A DNA stretch of 64,000 nt from Rebecca billardiae RCC1528 (Eukaryota; Protista; Haptophyta): assembly GCA_965240325.2 (NCBI GenBank), contig OZ251237.1, positions 1,116,001 through 1,180,000 of the forward strand, in the 5' to 3' direction. Under the pieces are notes generated by a model. That model ran no database searches. It had not been told where the DNA came from and saw only the letters and a list, made by a program, of their open reading frames with translations. Of this stretch, positions 44,888 through 56,644 are shown piece after piece; position 1 is the first letter of the stretch, and the number at the start of each line of letters is the position of its first letter. Position numbers and translations under genes: made by a program.

Positions 44888-46069
44888 TCATACGCGCTCC
44901 CGCCGCTCCGATATCATACGAGCTCCGAGCTCGGCTGGCGCGACTTCCCGCGTGCCAGGCGGGTTCAGCAGGTGCATGAACCAAAAGTTCTTCGTCGCTG
45001 TATCCGCCGGGCACGGCGGCGCGCCCGGCTGCGCGAAGCCGTAGTACACCTCAAACTCCTCCGCGCAGTGCGTGCCGTACTTCCACACGATCTCCTCCCC
45101 CTTCGAGTAGTTGTGCAGCAGGTAGAGCTCGTACGCTCGCGACGCAAAGATCGCATTCGGCGCATTCGCGAAGACGACCAGCCTGCCGGCAGCATCGCGC
45201 GCCACCATCCGTCCAGTCGAATTCTTCTCGCCGTAGTTCAGCATGTCGGCGTACGGCGCGATGTACATGCGGTCGTGCGCCCCCCAGCAGCGCGATGTGG
45301 CCAAGTCCCACGCGCGTCGGAACTTCTCGAGCGACGGGCTGCCGCACAGCGCGAGCGCGTCGGGCGCACTCAGGCGCAGCGCGTTGTATGTCGACTCCTG
45401 CGCCTGGAGGCTCAGTTTGATGAGCGCCTGCAGCACTGGCGTCGACTTCTCGACGCGCTCGGGCGGCCACGACGTGGGCATCTCGAGCGACACCGTCGAG
45501 AGGAAGCGCATGTACGGCCCCCAGGGTGCTGTGTGCGGCGCGTCTGCCACCTGCTTCGTGTGGTAGAGGATGGCGAGGACGAGGCCGACGAAGGGCCCCA
45601 TGCGCGAGCGCAGGACGTCCGCGCGCAGTGGCGTCTGCAGCAGCGACTCCCGGCTGAGCAGCACGCGCTCCGGGATTCGCGCCACGAGGATGGGCGCGCG
45701 AATCGGCTCGACGGCGACAAGACCACGCACCCGAGCCGGGCCTTTTGGGATCATCGTGAAACGCGAGCGGTCGAGCAGGGGCAGCGTGGCACCATTGAGC
45801 AGCAGCCACTGCACCAAGTCCAGGAGAATCGTCTTCTGGCTCGGACCGAGCGCGAGCGCGTGAGAGTAATTGAGCGGGCGCACCACCATGTCTTCCATGA
45901 TGCTACTCCCATCATTTCGGGGGTCGATGTTGCGGACGCGATCGAGCGGGATGATGCTCTGCAGGTGGACAAACATCCCACCGATGACCAAGCCAAGCAG
46001 GTAGCATAGAGGGCCTCTGGGAGCGCGCGGATGGGGATGCGTGTCACCGTGTCGGAGGCTCGCCGCCAT
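44888..46069 (-). CDS. SET-domain protein (Rubisco LSMT/SETD3-like), paralogue B, intronless
   Basis: Shares long identical blocks with paralogue A (WLLLNGA, LSRESLLQTP, PYMRFLSTVSLE, APDALALCGSPSLE, IAPYADMLN, HCAEEF.VYYGF). The ATG at 46069 is preferred over the ORF-track start. Confidence 0.8.
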   Translation of the reverse strand: MAASLRHGDTHPHPRAPRGPLCYLLGLVIGGMFVHLQSIIPLDRVRNIDPRNDGSSIMEDMVVRPLNYSHALALGPSQKTILLDLVQWLLLNGATLPLLDRSRFTMIPKGPARVRGLVAVEPIRAPILVARIPERVLLSRESLLQTPLRADVLRSRMGPFVGLVLAILYHTKQVADAPHTAPWGPYMRFLSTVSLEMPTSWPPERVEKSTPVLQALIKLSLQAQESTYNALRLSAPDALALCGSPSLEKFRRAWDLATSRCWGAHDRMYIAPYADMLNYGEKNSTGRMVARDAAGRLVVFANAPNAIFASRAYELYLLHNYSKGEEIVWKYGTHCAEEFEVYYGFAQPGAPPCPADTATKNFWFMHLLNPPGTREVAPAELGARMISERRERV

Positions 46070-46547
46070 CGTGCCCTCCTCCCCTCGGGCCGCTCGGCTG
46101 GTGAGTGGTGCGGCAAACACGTCGCAGCCGCAAGTACCCTGTCCCTGGTGGCACAGTGGGCTGCAACCACTCGGACCTCCACTTGGAGGTATCCCAACTG
46201 TCGACGACGTCGCCGATCTGGTGACTGCGTAGCAGTGGGCATAACTGACTACATCATCGTCATATTACATTGGCATTGCTGATCATGCGGCGAACAAGGA
46301 ACAAGGACCGCTTGTGGTGAGCAGGCCCACCGGCGGGCCAGGGGCGGTCCGGACTCCCGGGTCCGTACCAGACCTGGCAGTGGCGGCAGTCGACTGTGGC
46401 GACAGCCTAGCGTTTACCTGACTACATTACGACTGTCATTGCCAAGTGTAAGAGACGCTGAGACGCTGAACGCTCTCAGACGACGTTGGAGTTGCCAGCC
46501 GACAGGACTCTGATCGATCGGCTGGAACGACGACGCTGTCGAATGAT

Positions 46548-48107
46548 TCACCACGTCCACGAGCCGGGCCCGCCCTGCGCAGGCACAAAGACAGCTGGCG
46601 TGATGTCGCTCACGCAGCGCCAGTTGTCCGGCTGCCCGGCGTGCATGTCCGTCCCTGCGGACACGGAGTGGCCCGGCTCGAGGCACGCGTATGCGCTGCC
46701 CAGCCCGCCCGAGGCCGAGGGCACGGCGATGACCGGCCGCGCGCGCACGACGCCCTGCTTGTCGTCCGCGCGGTGCCACCACGCGCACGAGCACGCGGAG
46801 TCGAGCGCAGCATCGACCGCGAGCTGCACGTCGTCGTGCACGATCGCCTCGCCGAAGCCGCGCAGCTCGACGGCGACGCCAAACACGGGCGCGCCGTACC
46901 GCCGCTGCACGGTGCGCCGGCGGTCGGGCCGCTGGTCGGCCTCGCGCGCGCTCAGCGTCACCGACTGCACGCCGCCGACGAGCACGCTGCGCTCTGGGTC
47001 GACGAGCAGCTGCGCGAGCGAGTCCCCGTGCACCGACGCGATCACGTTGACGCCGCGGCCGGTGATCGTGCGCGCGGCGGTGCACTCGTCCTTGTTCGAC
47101 AGCTCGTCCACGATGATGAAGTCCGGCGACATGTTCTCCACCGCCTCGATCATCGCGCGGTGCTGCCCGAGCTTCGGGTCGACGGAGAGCACGCGCGCGT
47201 TGCCAATCGCCTCGTGCGGGACGATCGCCGGGCCGGCGATCTCGAGGCTCTTGTCCACGACCACGACGACGCGCTCGTCGCCGAGCGAGAGCAGCCGCGC
47301 CAGCTCGCGCAGCACCGTCGTCTTGCCCACGTTCGGCGGGCCGATCAGCACGAGGCCGTGCGCGCAGAGCCGCGCTGCGGCGCGGCCAGCTTCGACCTCG
47401 CTGGCCGGCAAAGCGGGACGGGCCGAGGGCTCCTCCGCGATGCTGGCCGCATTGAGCGCTGCCGACGCGGGGCGGACGAGCAGCGGCAGCGCGTGGCCCT
47501 GCATCGTGCGGCCCACGCGCGCCGCGATCGCCACCACCTGGTCTTGAACGGCGTGCATCGAGCGCGAGATGCGGTGCAGAGTGCCGTCGATGCCCGAGCG
47601 GCGCGCGCTCGGATCGAGCGAGCGGAAGAGCGGCAGGAACGCCTCGAGCTGCTCCTGGCTCACCAGCTCGTTCGAGCGCAGGATCGTCGTCGAGCCGCCG
47701 TGCGCGTTCGCGAAGACGAGCTCGCACCGCCGGCCCGTCGCGAGGTACATCTCTTTGATCACGCGGCCCTTCTCCTCCTCGCGCTCTGCCGCGAGGCGCA
47801 GCGAGTCGCGCATCGGGCCGCTCGGGATCACCGAGTACAGGCGTTCCAGGTCGGCGGCGTTCGCCGCGCGCTGCTCATCGACTGGCCGTGCGCTCGGGTC
47901 TTGCGCGGGCCACTGAATGACCTCGCGCCACTCGATCGCCATGAAGAACGGGCCCTGGTTCGGCGTCACCTGCTGCTTGTTGCCGTTGCTCGGCGCGACG
48001 CGTTCGCCGCGCGTGCCGCCGCCACGCCCGCGCCCGCGCCCGCCCCGGATGAGCGGGATCGCAGTCCGCGAACCATTCGAGGTTGCCGGTGACGGGGGCT
48101 GTGACAT
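46548..48107 (-). CDS. Ycf45/SpoIIIAA-like AAA+ ATPase
   Basis: RSGIDGTLHRIS, ARVGR, Walker A GPPNVGKTT, MIEAVENMSPDFIIVDE (Walker B), LVGGVQSVTL. Confidence 0.85.
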   Translation of the reverse strand: MSQPPSPATSNGSRTAIPLIRGGRGRGRGGGTRGERVAPSNGNKQQVTPNQGPFFMAIEWREVIQWPAQDPSARPVDEQRAANAADLERLYSVIPSGPMRDSLRLAAEREEEKGRVIKEMYLATGRRCELVFANAHGGSTTILRSNELVSQEQLEAFLPLFRSLDPSARRSGIDGTLHRISRSMHAVQDQVVAIAARVGRTMQGHALPLLVRPASAALNAASIAEEPSARPALPASEVEAGRAAARLCAHGLVLIGPPNVGKTTVLRELARLLSLGDERVVVVVDKSLEIAGPAIVPHEAIGNARVLSVDPKLGQHRAMIEAVENMSPDFIIVDELSNKDECTAARTITGRGVNVIASVHGDSLAQLLVDPERSVLVGGVQSVTLSAREADQRPDRRRTVQRRYGAPVFGVAVELRGFGEAIVHDDVQLAVDAALDSACSCAWWHRADDKQGVVRARPVIAVPSASGGLGSAYACLEPGHSVSAGTDMHAGQPDNWRCVSDITPAVFVPAQGGPGSWTW

Positions 48108-48302
48108 GGCTGTCTTGGTACTCTCCGGCGAAACCTGCGCTCTCGGCTAGGCGGCTGAGCCGTCCTCCCTCGTGCAAGAGCGTGAGCGGCGCCGAGAGAG
48201 GGCAGACCTTCCGGTGGATTCGCGCCCCGCACACAAGTGAAGTCCGGCCGGGCTGGCCCGCTCCGCTGGACCGCTCCGAAGTGGACGTGACCAGGGGCCA
48301 CG

Positions 48303-48569
48303 ATGGCGCGTGGCGATCGACACGTCGAAAAGCGCGACGTCAAGAAGCGCGGCAGCGCGATCGCTAGCTTCTCCGACGAGAACAAGAAGTGGCTCAAGCC
48401 GGCGGCGAAGGCGCAACAGGCCCCAGCGGTGCGCGCCCTGCGGAGCCTCCCCCGCGCCCCGGCAGTTTGCTCGCACTCACACGCCGCGCTGCGCCTGCGC
48501 GCCGCGGCGCACTGCAGCCTCGCGCATCTCCAGCGAAGCGCACGCAGCAGCCGGCGCAGCTGCTCGAGA

Positions 48570-48601
<32 letters not shown>

Positions 48602-50778
48602 CTGCTGGGCGGCGATGGGAGCGACGATGACGACGACGACGATGACGACGATGACGGCGACGGCGTCGATGGGGGCGATGACGAGGACGACGACGACGAC
48701 GACGCGCTCGACGACGAGCTGGATGATGAGGACGAGGAGGAGGTGGACGGGCTCGACGACGACGACGACGACGGCTCCGGCGACGACGACGATGACGACG
48801 ACGACGAGCCCAAGCTCGAGATCGAGCGCGAGGCGGCCGCGCTCGATGCCGAGCAGCAGCGCGTCGCGCGCGACGACGAGCTCGAGCTGCAGACGAACAT
48901 CCGGCGCGTCGACCGGTTCACGCTGCCGTCGGGGCAGGAGGTGGAGCGCGAGACGCTCGTCGCGCCCGATCTGGCGATGATCTCGCAGCGCATCAAGGAC
49001 AACCTCGCCACGCTCGCCAACTTTGCCGACCTGCGCGACCCCGAGCTCTCGCGGCAGGACTACCTCGACCAGCTGGCGCGCGACCTGGCCGCGTACTACG
49101 GCTACGTGCCCGACCTCGTGTCGCTGTTCCTGCGGCTGTTCTCGCCGGCGGAGGCGTACGAGTTCCTCGAGGCGAACGAGGCGCCGCGGCCGCTCACCAT
49201 CCGCACCAACACGCTGCGCACGCGCCGGCGCGAGCTCGCACAGGCGCTGATCAGCCGCTCAGTCAACCTCGACCCCATTGACAAGTGGAGCAAGGTGGGG
49301 CTGGTGATCTACGAGTCGGCCGTGCCGATCGGCGCGACGCCCGAGTACCTGGCGGGGCACTACATGATCCAGTCCGCCTCGTCGTTCCTCCCCGTCATGG
49401 CCCTCGCGCCGCAGGAGCACGAGCGCGTGCTCGACATGTGCGCCGCGCCGGGCGGCAAGACGTCCTACGTCTCCGCGCTGATGCGCAACACCGGCACCGT
49501 CTTTGCCAACGACATGAAGAAGGAGCGGCTGAAGGGGCTGACGGCGAACCTGCACCGGCTGGGCGTGACCAACGCGGTGGTGTGCAACCTCGACGGCCGC
49601 GCGTTCCCGCGCGTGCTCGGCCGCTTCGACCGCGTCCTGCTCGACGCGCCCTGCACCGGACTCGGCGTGATTGCTAAGGACCCGTCCGTCAAGGTGCCGC
49701 GCCGCGCCGCGCGGCCGCGCCGCGCCGCGCCGCGCCGTGCGTGCGACACCTGCCCGCAGCCTGCCCGCGGCGGTGTGCACGCCCCCCAGCGCGCGTGGGC
49801 GCTGTGCACACGCCGCGCGCGCGCGCGCGCTGCGCGCGCGGCGCGCGCTGTGCCCCCTCGCGGGCCCGCGGCTGAGCCCGGCCACGCGCGCGCTTCGCGC
49901 CCGCGGCGCGCCGCGCGCGCCCGGCGTCGCGCGCGCAGCTGCAGAAAGACTTCAAGGACCTGCAGCGCTGCCAGCAGCTGCAGAAGGAGCTGCTGCTGTG
50001 CGCGATCGACGCGGTGAACGCTAACTCGAAGACGGGCGGGTACGTCGTGTACAGCACCTGCTCGATCTCGGTGGAGGAGAACGAGATGGTGGTGGACTAT
50101 GCTCTGCGCTCGCGCTCGGTGAAGGTGCGCGCGCCGCCGAGTGCGCGCGCGCCGCCGAGCGCGCGCGCGCCGCCGCTCGCTGCGCGCCTCGCAGCACGCG
50201 GGGCGCTGAGCGCGCGCTGCGCACGGCGCGCTCGGCCGTGCGCGCAGGTCGTGCCGTGCGGCCTCGACTTTGGCCGGCCGGGCCTCACGCGCTACCGCGA
50301 CAAGCGGCTGCACCCGAGCATCACGGAGGCGCGCCGCTTCTACCCGCACGTGCACAACATGGACGGCTTCTTCGTGTGCAAGCTGCGCAAGGTGAGCAAC
50401 ACGCTGCCGAGCAAGGCGGACGCGCGGCGCGCGCAGGCGGCCGAGGCGGCGGCGCACGCCGCCTCGGACAAGCCGGCCGCGCCGAAGCAGGCCAACGGCG
50501 CGAAGAAGGGCGGTGCCGGTGGCAAGCGGCGCGCGGCAGAGGCCGCGGAGGGCGCTGGCGAGGCCGAGGGCAGCAAGCCCGAAAAGCGCAAGCGCGCGGC
50601 AGACCGCGATGATGCCGCGGGCGCAGCTCCGAGGCAGGCCAGGGAAGCCAGGGGCGTCGCAGCTGCGAACGGGGATGATGCGCGTGCCGCGGCCGCCGGC
50701 GACGCCGCTGCCCGTGCCGAGAGGAAGGCGGCCAAGGCTGCAAAAGAGCACAAGAAGGCGAAGAAGAGCGCACGATGA
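48303..50778 (+). CDS. NOP2: NOP2/NSUN1 rRNA m5C methyltransferase
   Basis: Exons 48303-48428, 48548-49693, 49939-50124, 50248-50778. Motifs: [72 protein letters not shown]. Confidence 0.96.
48570..48807 (+). repeat. Coding (GAC/GAT)n low-complexity poly-Asp tract in NOP2
   Basis: Directly visible trinucleotide runs. Confidence 0.85.
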
Positions 50779-51264
50779 TCGGACGATGCTGTCGATGACG
50801 CAGATCATCGGCTCACTCATCAGGCGATCGGAGGCTTCGTCAGCAGCAGCACGCTGCCAGTGTCTTGAGCACCGGCGGAATACGCGCCAATGATATATCG
50901 TGCCGGACATGGGTCATGGGACGACGGCTGCCGGCGGCCCGCGCTCGGTCGCCAATATCGCCCGTGACGTCATCAGTCAGCATCAGCACTACAGCAGTCG
51001 TCCGACATATCCGATCCCGCCAAACCCCATCATACTAGCCGTATGAACTTACGCCGCGCGCGTATATATACTGCTATATGTCGCTGAGCGGCGCGTCCGT
51101 GGTACCGTCTGGTCCAGACTCTGGTATCAGCCCGGCCTGAGCCGGACAGAGCCGGTGGGACCGCGACTCCAGCCGAGAAGCGCAGTGAGACTCTGTCACT
51201 ACGACACTAGTCTGCTGGCGCTGACGACTGACACTACGATTGCCTATCAAGGGCGGTGTCTATA

Positions 51265-51575
51265 TGCTCATCGCCCGCGCGCGCATGGCGCACGTGCGCC
51301 CGGGGGCACGCGCCCGCGGGGGCGCTGCATACGACGACTACTTCGAGACGACGGCTGATGACGCGTGGCACCGCGACCACCGCGGTGGCGCGCGCGCGTC
51401 GACGCCAGACGGTGCGTCGAGCTACCGCTCGGCGATGGAGTGATGGGCGACTACGAGGGGGGGGGGGACGACGGCGAGGAGCGCTGATCCTGGTGTTTGT
51501 CTCTGCTGCTCGATCTGCTGCTACAGCTTGCTGACTCTGACGCCTGCCCGTTGCATACCACGTCGTTAATATATA
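51265..51575 (+). mobile_element. Dispersed repeat, copy 2 (longer 3' fragment: ORF end + UTR-like tail + TA tract)
   Basis: 51394-51575 matches 26298-26476 in inverted orientation. The GC-rich upstream part reads ...AYDDYFETTADDAWHRDHRGGARASTPDGASSYRSAME*. The 5' boundary is inferred from composition. Confidence 0.65.
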
Positions 51576-52063
51576 CATAGTGTGTCTCTTTTAAAGTCTT
51601 AGACCGCGCCGGAGAACTGTCCGATCGCGCGAGACGGCGCGTCAGCAACTGGTCCGCAGGCGACGGCCGGGGCCCTCGGCGCCGACAGTCACTCAGGCCC
51701 AGCAGTCATGACGATGACGAACGCCACTTGCTTTATTAGTCGTGACTTACGGACTACTAGCTAGACCTATATATAGGCTAGCGTATAGCTGCTATACTGC
51801 TTCATCATCATCATCAGTCATCGTCGTAACGTGCGCGCTAGCCGCCGCCGACGACGCCGAGTCCGTGACAGTCCGTCAGTCTGAGTCAGTCAGTGACGAC
51901 GAGTCAGTCCGAGTCGGACGATCGTCGACGACGCGCGACTACGATACGTATAGCCTACGCACTATATGACATCGTATTAACATACTACTGTATACAACGA
52001 TTACGACTACAACATGGACGACGCTGAATCTGATGCGCGGTTCGCCTGGTCAGTAGCTATGGC

Positions 52064-55000
52064 TTAGTGGGAGAGCGCCTGCAACGTGAGCCGCTGGATG
52101 GCGTCGCTCATGCGGTTGTCCCGCGTGCGCACCGTCACCTCGATGGCCGAGCCGTTGTTCAGCCCCACCTTGGCGTGCACGAGCACAGTCGCTCCCGAGC
52201 CAATCACAGAGCCGCACATGATGCACTCCTGCCCGATGACCTGCACCGGCGCGAGCCGGAGATGCTTCTCCATGGCCTGCGCGGCGCGTGGGCGCGCGCG
52301 CGCCCGCCGCCGCGCGCGATGAGCGCGACTCGACGCGGCACGCGAGCGACCGACTGGCGCGCGACAGCCCGGGCGCGCGCATGTCGCGGCGCGGAGCACG
52401 ACGTGTCGCGCGGCCCGCGCGCTCGCGCGCGCGCGCACATCCATGAACTGCTGCGGCAACGAGACGGTCTTGGTCGCGACCGTGAACTTACGCTGGTTGC
52501 CGTGCGAACCCCACTGCTCGCCAAACTGCTGCGTGCTCGCCGGCTTCGGCCTGAGCACGTGCTCGATCGGCAGGTTGATGTGGAAGGCCAGGTTGCGCTG
52601 CTCGTTGGCACCCATCTTGTCCTGCGCGCGCGAGCGTGCGCGGGCGCCCGGGCGCCCGGGCGCCCGGCCGGGGTGCGCGCGCGCGCGGGTGAGCGGCAGT
52701 GCTCCATGGCGCAGGCGGGACCGGGTGGCGCCGGCCTGAGCGCTTGCGCGCGGCGCTCGCGCGCGGCGCACCTCCATGTACGACACGAACCCCGCCACGC
52801 GCATCTGCGGCGTCGGGACGTCCGCGCACGTGAAGACGGCAGCATGGCTGACCGCCTGGCCGCCGTGCAGCAGCGGGATCGCCAGCCTGTGGCCGCGCAC
52901 GTCCGCGCTCGGCGGCGCGCCGGCAAACACGACGTGCAGCTGCGCGGGCGGCTCGAGGTTGAGCGTGATGTTCCGCAGGGGCGCGTGCCCGAGGTTCACG
53001 TACCCGAGCTCGAACGCGACGGCGTCCGGCCGGAGCTCCTGCCCCAGCGTGAGGCGCATGTGACCATCGCTCGCAAGCGTGCTGCGCTCGGCCGCGCCGC
53101 CGCCCGCGCCCATCGCCGCCCCGTGCATGGGCGGCGGCGCGGCCGCGCCGCCTGGCGCCATCTGTGCGCTCAGGGTGGGCGAGAGCGGCATCGGCGTGGG
53201 CAGCGTCTCGGGCGCCGAGCCGTCGAGCGCGCTGAGGCCCATCCCGCCCACGCCGGGCACGCCGGCGGCCACCGGCTGCTGAAGCATCAGCATGTCAAGC
53301 GGCGCGGCGGCCGCCGGCTGCGGCGGCGCGGGCGCGGCGGCGCCGCCCATCGCTGCCAAGCCGCCCAGGCCGGCACTCGGCGGCGCGGACGGCGCCAGTT
53401 GCGGGCCCTGGTCGACGAGCGAGAGCAAGTCCACCTCAGCCGAGTACCCCGCGGGCGGCGCCTGGTTGGTCGTCGGCGCGGGCGCCGGCACGGCCGAGGG
53501 CGCCGTCGGCTCGGGCGCAATCTCGAGATCGAGCAGATCGCCCAAGAGGTCGCCCACCGAGCTCGAGCCACCGACGGCCGCGGCGCCGGCGGCGGGCGCC
53601 TTGTCCGTGCGCTTCTTCTCCTTGGCCTTGGCCTTCTTCTCCTTCGCCGCCGCCGCCGCGGCGGCCGCGCCGGGCTTGGCCGCCGAGCCGGTCGTCGCCG
53701 CAGGCTGCCGCGCGCTCACCTCCGCGGCCGCCGCGCGCGCCGTCGGCCCCATCCCGCCAAACAGCGCTGCCGCCATCTTTTCCTTCTCCGTCATCGGCGG
53801 CGGCGGCGCGGGCGCGGGCCGTGGCGCCGCGCCCGTCGGCGCGGCGGGCGCGGTGGGCGCGGCGGCCGGCTGCGGCGCCCAGCCCGGGCTGGGCGCCGCC
53901 GTCGACGCGGGCGGCGCGGGCGGCGCGGGCGCGCTCCCGTCACCATTCTTGCCGGTGCCGTAGCCCTCCGCTCCCCAGCGCTTGGCGACGCCCGCCGTGT
54001 TCAGACCGGTCTGACCTGACGCGCGCGCCGCGCCGCCCAGGCCGAGCTCGGCGCCGCCGCCGCCCAGCTCGGACGGGCCGTTACTGCCGATCGCGCGGAC
54101 GGACTCGGCGGGGTTCGCGTACTCGTCGAACCGCAGCCCCGAGCTCGCCGCCGCGCTCGCCGCCGCCGGGTGGTGCCCCGCCGACGCACCGACCTGCAGC
54201 TCGTCCGGCCGGTCCTGCGGTCGGATGTACCGCGCTGCGCCGCGCCGCACGGCCGCCTCGACGAAGCCGTCGAGGAAGCCGAGGGCGGGGTCGACCTCGA
54301 GGTCGTCGCAGGACGAGTCGACGGGGAGCACCTCCGCCATCATCGCCGGGTCCTGCGCGAGCGCCAGGAACTCGGAGCAGTACTGCTGCAGCGAGACCGA
54401 CTGCGACGCGCAGAACTTGGTCGCCAGCTCGACGACCTGGTCTGGCACGGACGGCAGCTGCGCGACCAGCTTGGTGATGGCGGACATGACCCACGCGCGC
54501 GTGTCGGGCTCGGAGAACTGGCGCTCCATCACGTCGCACAGCGTCTCGAGCAGCTCCTCCAGCTCGAACTCGTCCGACAGGTACCCGTACTCGCCGAGCG
54601 TCCAGCAGACCACCTTCATCAGCACGTCGGGGATGTGTGACTTGCTCAGCAGCGAGCGGTACGCGCGCACGGCGTGCAGCCGAAGCTCGGCGTCGGCGTC
54701 CTCGTCCTCGCCGCCGCCCTCGGCGATGAGGCGGAGCAGGTTGTGCGCCGTCTCCGCGTGCACCACGTCGCCGCCCAGCTCGAAGATGTAGTTCATCGTC
54801 GTGATGAACCACGCGTTATCCGGCGCGTAGCGCTCGGCGAGCTGCGTGATGCGCTCGACCAGCGCGCCTCTGAAGTGCTGGTCGCTCGTCTGCCGCAGGT
54901 GGTACACGAGCTTGTCGACGACGAAGACGACGTTGGACGCGTTGGTCATCTGGAAGAGCAGGTCCAGCGTCTTCCGCTTCAGCGTCTCGTCCGGGTCCTC

Positions 55001-56436
55001 CATGCACTCCACCACCACCAGCTGGTGCTCGAGCGCGTACTTCTGGTTCACCTGCACGATCGACGCGAGCGCCTTGATGCCGAGATACTTGAGGTTGTGG
55101 TTCTCGGAGGAGACGAAGCGGGAGATGTGGTTCGCCGCGGTCTCCATCAGCTGCACGTTGGGGTAGATCGCCGTGATCGTGCGCACGCACTCGTAGATCA
55201 CCGCGTACCCGATGTTGATCCCCGTGTCCGCGCGCTTGAGCACATCATACAGAACCTCGTACATGTGCTCGGAGGAGCCCTGGTCGGCGAGCCCGAGCGA
55301 CGAGAGCACGCGCAGCAGCTTGATCTGGATCCACGGGGCGGGCATGCGGTGGTAGTCGAAGCTGGAGGGCAGGCGGTGCTCGGTGATCTGCTTCAGGATC
55401 GAGACGAACGACGGCACCAGGTCCTTGAACGCCGCCGGCTCCTCGTCGAGCAGCGCGTGCAGCGCGTGCAATGACGCGCCCATCACCGCCGGGTCTTTGT
55501 CGCACAGCACGCGCCGCAGCTTGTCGGTCATGCCGGCGAGGCAGCCGGGCTGCACGATGTGCATGCGGTGCAGCGCCATCACCGCCTTCTTGCGCACCAC
55601 CTCGTGCGTGTGCTCCAGCAGGTCGGTGATGCACTCGATCACCGCGGGCATGATCTCCGTGTTCACCAGCTTGGAGACTGCGATCAACGCGGCGCACACC
55701 TCGAGGTGGTTGGACGACTTGAGGTCGCGCCGCATCGTGTTGACGAGCAGCGTGATGAGCTCGTGCTCCGGGTGCAGGCAGAGCGAGCACGCCAGGTAGC
55801 CCACCCGCTTGCACAGCAGGTTGGTCTGCTGCGTCATGTTCACCGCGTGGATGTGCCCAAAGTCGGCCGAGTGGCCGAGCATCTCGACGTACATCACGCG
55901 CACGATCGCCTCCTTCGAGCGCTTCAGCCCGAGCGAGGCGGGCGACTCGCTCAGCCGCTGGCGGAGGGCGGTCACCTCATTGCTCACGATCTTCTCCTCC
56001 TCCTGCGCGGCGCCGCGCCGCGTCGCGCACGCGGCACGCGTCAGCTCGCCGCGCGCGCGCGCTGCGCACGCAAAGGGCCGCCCGCGCGCAGGGGTGCCGC
56101 CGCTCGTGGTGGGCGTCGAGCGGCACGGCGCGTGCCTGCTTCGACTTGCACTCGCCAATATTCTTGATCAGCTCGAAGAAGTCCTTCGGAGAGAGGGCAG
56201 CGCGAGCACCGAGCAAGCGCGGAGGGCGCGTGAGCGAGGTGCGCGCGCTGCGTGCGCGCCGCAGGCGCGCAGCCGCCGCCGTTGCGCGGCGCGCACGCAC
56301 GGAGCGCGCGGCTGTGGGGTGCCGCCGCGCTGCGCCCCTCCTCAGCGCAAATGCTGACCCCAGGGCGGCGCGCCCCCAAGCAGGCGCCCACCGCTCAGCC
56401 TCGCGCGCGCACTTTTGAGAGGTGTGCGCCCGACAT
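52064..56436 (-). CDS. AP4E1: AP-4 adaptor complex epsilon subunit
   Basis: Exons 56436-56413, 56183-56136, 56002-52772, 52621-52439, 52276-52064 give MSGAHLSK|DFFELIKNIGECKSKQ|EEEKIV, YVEMLGH, FDYHRMPAPWIQIKLL, LAERYAPDNAWFI, LRFDEY, then a hinge and an ear domain. Confidence 0.93.
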
Positions 56437-56644
56437 CGTGCGCGCCGGGCGCGCCAGCCGCCACCCTGCGAGCGTCCGATCGACACAGTCCGGACGTGCA
56501 GGATGCAAAGTCCGGCCGCGGGCGTTCGTGGCCGGCTGCCCAGCGCTCCCGAGCCGGCGCCGGCGCGTCCGAGCCGAACCACCGGCGTGACAAACAGTCG
56601 GAGCGGCGGCGCGCGTGCGCGCGCCGGGGGATCGCGTGTACTGT

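Noticed and set aside
20069-50778. Functional clustering (CDC14, securin-like, MAP2K; bystin, NOP2)
   Set aside because: The genes are interspersed with unrelated ones on mixed strands; nothing indicates a cluster.
24368-52771. Several in-frame stop-free introns (99, 108, 90, 123, 150, 162 nt) read as Arg/Ala-rich protein insertions
   Set aside because: They have canonical splice sites and interrupt conserved domains; the lack of stops is expected at this GC content.
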